A stretch of DNA of 64,000 nt from Octopus sinensis (taxonomy: Eukaryota), in the NCBI RefSeq assembly GCF_006345805.1, contig NC_042998.1, positions 162,378,001-162,442,000 on the forward strand, read 5' to 3'. The notes beneath the pieces were generated by a model that had not been told where the DNA came from, made no database searches, and was given only the letters and a program-made list of their open reading frames with translations. Below, in pieces: positions 61,794 to 64,000 of the stretch. The first letter of the stretch is position 1; each line of letters starts with the position of its first letter. Both the position numbers and the translations under genes were made by a program.

Positions 61794-62189
61794 AGGCACA
61801 GGAGTGGCTGTGTAGTAAGTAGCTTGCTAACCAACCACATGGTTCCGGGTTCAGTCCCACTGCGTGGCATCTTGGGCAAGTGTCTTCTGCTATAGCCCCG
61901 GGCCGACCAATGCCTTGTGAGTGGATTTGGTAGACGGAAACTGAAAGAAGCCTGTCGTATATATATATGTGTGTGTGTGTTTGTGTGTCTGTGTTTGTCT
62001 CCCTAGCATTGCTTGACGACCGATGCTGGTGTGTTTACGTCCCTGTCACTTAGCGGTTCGGCAAAAGATACCGATAAAAAGTACTGGGCTTACAAAGAAT
62101 AAGTCCCGGGGTCGATTTGCTCGACTAAAAAGGCAGTGCTCCAGCATGGCCGCAGTCAAATGACTGAAACAAATAAAAGAGTAAAAGAG
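61794..62189 (+). mobile_element. tRNA-derived SINE family A (young, CpG-retaining)
   Basis: A box, B box GGGTTCAGTCCC, core CTTGGGCAAGTGTCTTCTG, tail GCAGTCAAATGACTGAAACAAATAAAAGAGTAAAAGAG. Confidence 0.92.
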
Positions 62190-62234
<45 letters not shown>

Positions 62235-62258
62235 ATATATATATATATGTATATATAT

Positions 62259-62379
62259 CAAAACACTTTGATTCAAGTCTGTTGGTATGTTGGTACATTG
62301 GTACTTCGAGTTTCATGGTTGAGGATTAGCTTTACACTTCAAACTCGGAGTACCAAAGAATGTGAATCAAACTGTTTTG
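62259..62379. repeat. Nested inverted repeat (foldback, MITE- or hairpin-like)
   Basis: Outer CAAAACACTTTGATTCA/TGAATCAAACTGTTTTG (16/17); inner TTGGTACTTCGAGTTT/AAACTCGGAGTACCAA (16 bp, one G-U). Confidence 0.75.
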
Positions 62380-62939
62380 AGCCATACATGTAACTCTCAA
62401 TATCTGTGTTGAGTGCCCTTCTTTTCTTTGTCCACTCACTCCTGTTGGATTCTAGACTAATACTGATAACACTTCAGGTTTAGAAAATCCTGGTTTCATG
62501 ATGGAAAAGCTGTTGTTTGTATTTAGCGAAGAGTAAAATATAAAGAAATACTTTAATAATCAGTTACAATTGTTCCCATACCAACTCTGATTTCAATGCC
62601 AATGAACGCAAAAGAGAAAATTTATCTAATATCTGCAGCTTGAGATATTAGCGTACTATTTCATCAGACTTGCATCAAAGATGTGCTCTTACATTGCACA
62701 TCTTCCAGAATTTGTTTTTATCTTTATATCAGGAGGAAACAAAGTATTTGACCATTCTAAAATCTTACTTGCTTCAGTTATTGAATGGCCATGCTTGGGC
62801 ACTACCTTGTTGAAGTTTTAGACCAATGAATTTACCCTTGTACTTATTTTTCATTTTCTAAATAAATAAAAAAATACTATGTGAGAATCTAGAGATTATT
62901 AAAGTAGACCCAACTAATTTGATAAATTCCAAACATGAG

Positions 62940-63162
62940 ATGATAATGAACTTTTACCATTTAAACTCCATTCTCTACTCTGCAACGTTGCAGTTCTAAC
63001 ACAAGCATCATACAATCTACCCTCCACTCTGAAGGAAAAGATCTTCATGGCCAGCAGAAGTAGAAGATCCCTGAATTTTCTGCAATCTGTTCTTATTTTG
63101 GTTAATATTCTTTCTGAGCAGTCACCTCCACCCAGCTAATTATGTCACCTAGGTAACAAAAG
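62940..63162 (-). mobile_element. Older relative of the 59-61 kb RTE LINE (fragment)
   Basis: FCYLGDII...CSERILTKIRTDCRKFRDLLLLLAMKIFSFRVEGRLYDACVRTATL, aligning with 60600-60790. Confidence 0.8.
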
Positions 63163-63266
63163 AGTACTTTGTGAGCCAGTCGGGCATTTAAGAGAGTCTA
63201 TTTCAAGTCAGCTCTTTGTGTGTATTGTTCCACTGCATCTGCCACATATGAAGCATGCCTTCTGTG

Positions 63267-63305
<39 letters not shown>

Positions 63306-64000
63306 TATGTGTGTGCATATACATATATATATATGCATATGTATATGTGTGTGTGTATATATATGTATATATATGTGTGTATATAAATATATATATGTAT
63401 GTATGTATGTATGTATATATATATATACATATTCATATATATGTAAGTATATGTGTGCATATGTATTTGTATGCATGTGTGTATACATATATATATGATT
63501 ATATATATACATAATCATACACAAGCACACAGTTGCATGCACACCCACACACCCACACATACACATGCACACACATTCACACATGTCCTAATAAATCATA
63601 CCAAAAGTGGTTCCATATGACAATTAGAAGATAGTGTGTCATCTGAAAATAAGTAGCTATTCGAGACAATGATTTAATTTACTGTAATATATTGCCACAA
63701 GTCTTCAGCAAGTTCCTTTTTGTCAGCATGTAGGCAGAGGGGTTACATAAGGTTTAGAAACACACAAACCATTCCCTCTCCCTCCTCACTTCCACCAACA
63801 GCCCCACCTCTGACATATCTCCTTGTCTCTCATTTAACACCTCAGCAGCCACTAACCCCCCACCATCACCACCACCACCACTACAATAACAACAACAACA
63901 ATTACTCAAACATAAATAAAGTTGTTTATTTCCTTTAAATTCTTCCTTTGTATGGCAATGAATAAAAATATAACTACACTTTCCTCCTTACTTTTGCTCC

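Overview
AT-rich, microsatellite-saturated eukaryotic DNA. The SINE, LINE and simple-repeat landscape matches my recollection of Octopus/coleoid cephalopod genomes (inference, not verified). I can support no host protein-coding gene, rRNA, true tRNA or CRISPR array; most ORFs in the track are simple-repeat artefacts or decayed transposon frames. The window is a mosaic of mobile elements. DNA transposons: two DD37D (maT-like) and two mariner elements (one DD34D, one internally deleted), a decayed hAT transposase, and hAT, piggyBac-like and TA-flanked MITEs. Non-LTR retroelements: several RTE-clade LINEs including a young 2.7 kb copy, R4/Dong and CR1/Jockey fragments, and at least four tRNA-derived SINE families, often nested. 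Most interesting: (1) type I hammerhead ribozyme motifs of two families, one well folded at 126-185 inside a 300-bp tandem repeat (Penelope pLTR/retrozyme-like), one with a long loop II at 573-656 and again split across an inverted repeat at 16.6-16.9 kb; (2) a C4HC3 PHD-like finger inserted inside the RT domain of the young RTE LINE; (3) that LINE's putative 3' UTR with tandem hairpin units and a palindrome/(GAT)n terminus that also appears as many short copies across the window. All alignments and folds were done by eye; boundaries without TIR/TSD support are approximate.
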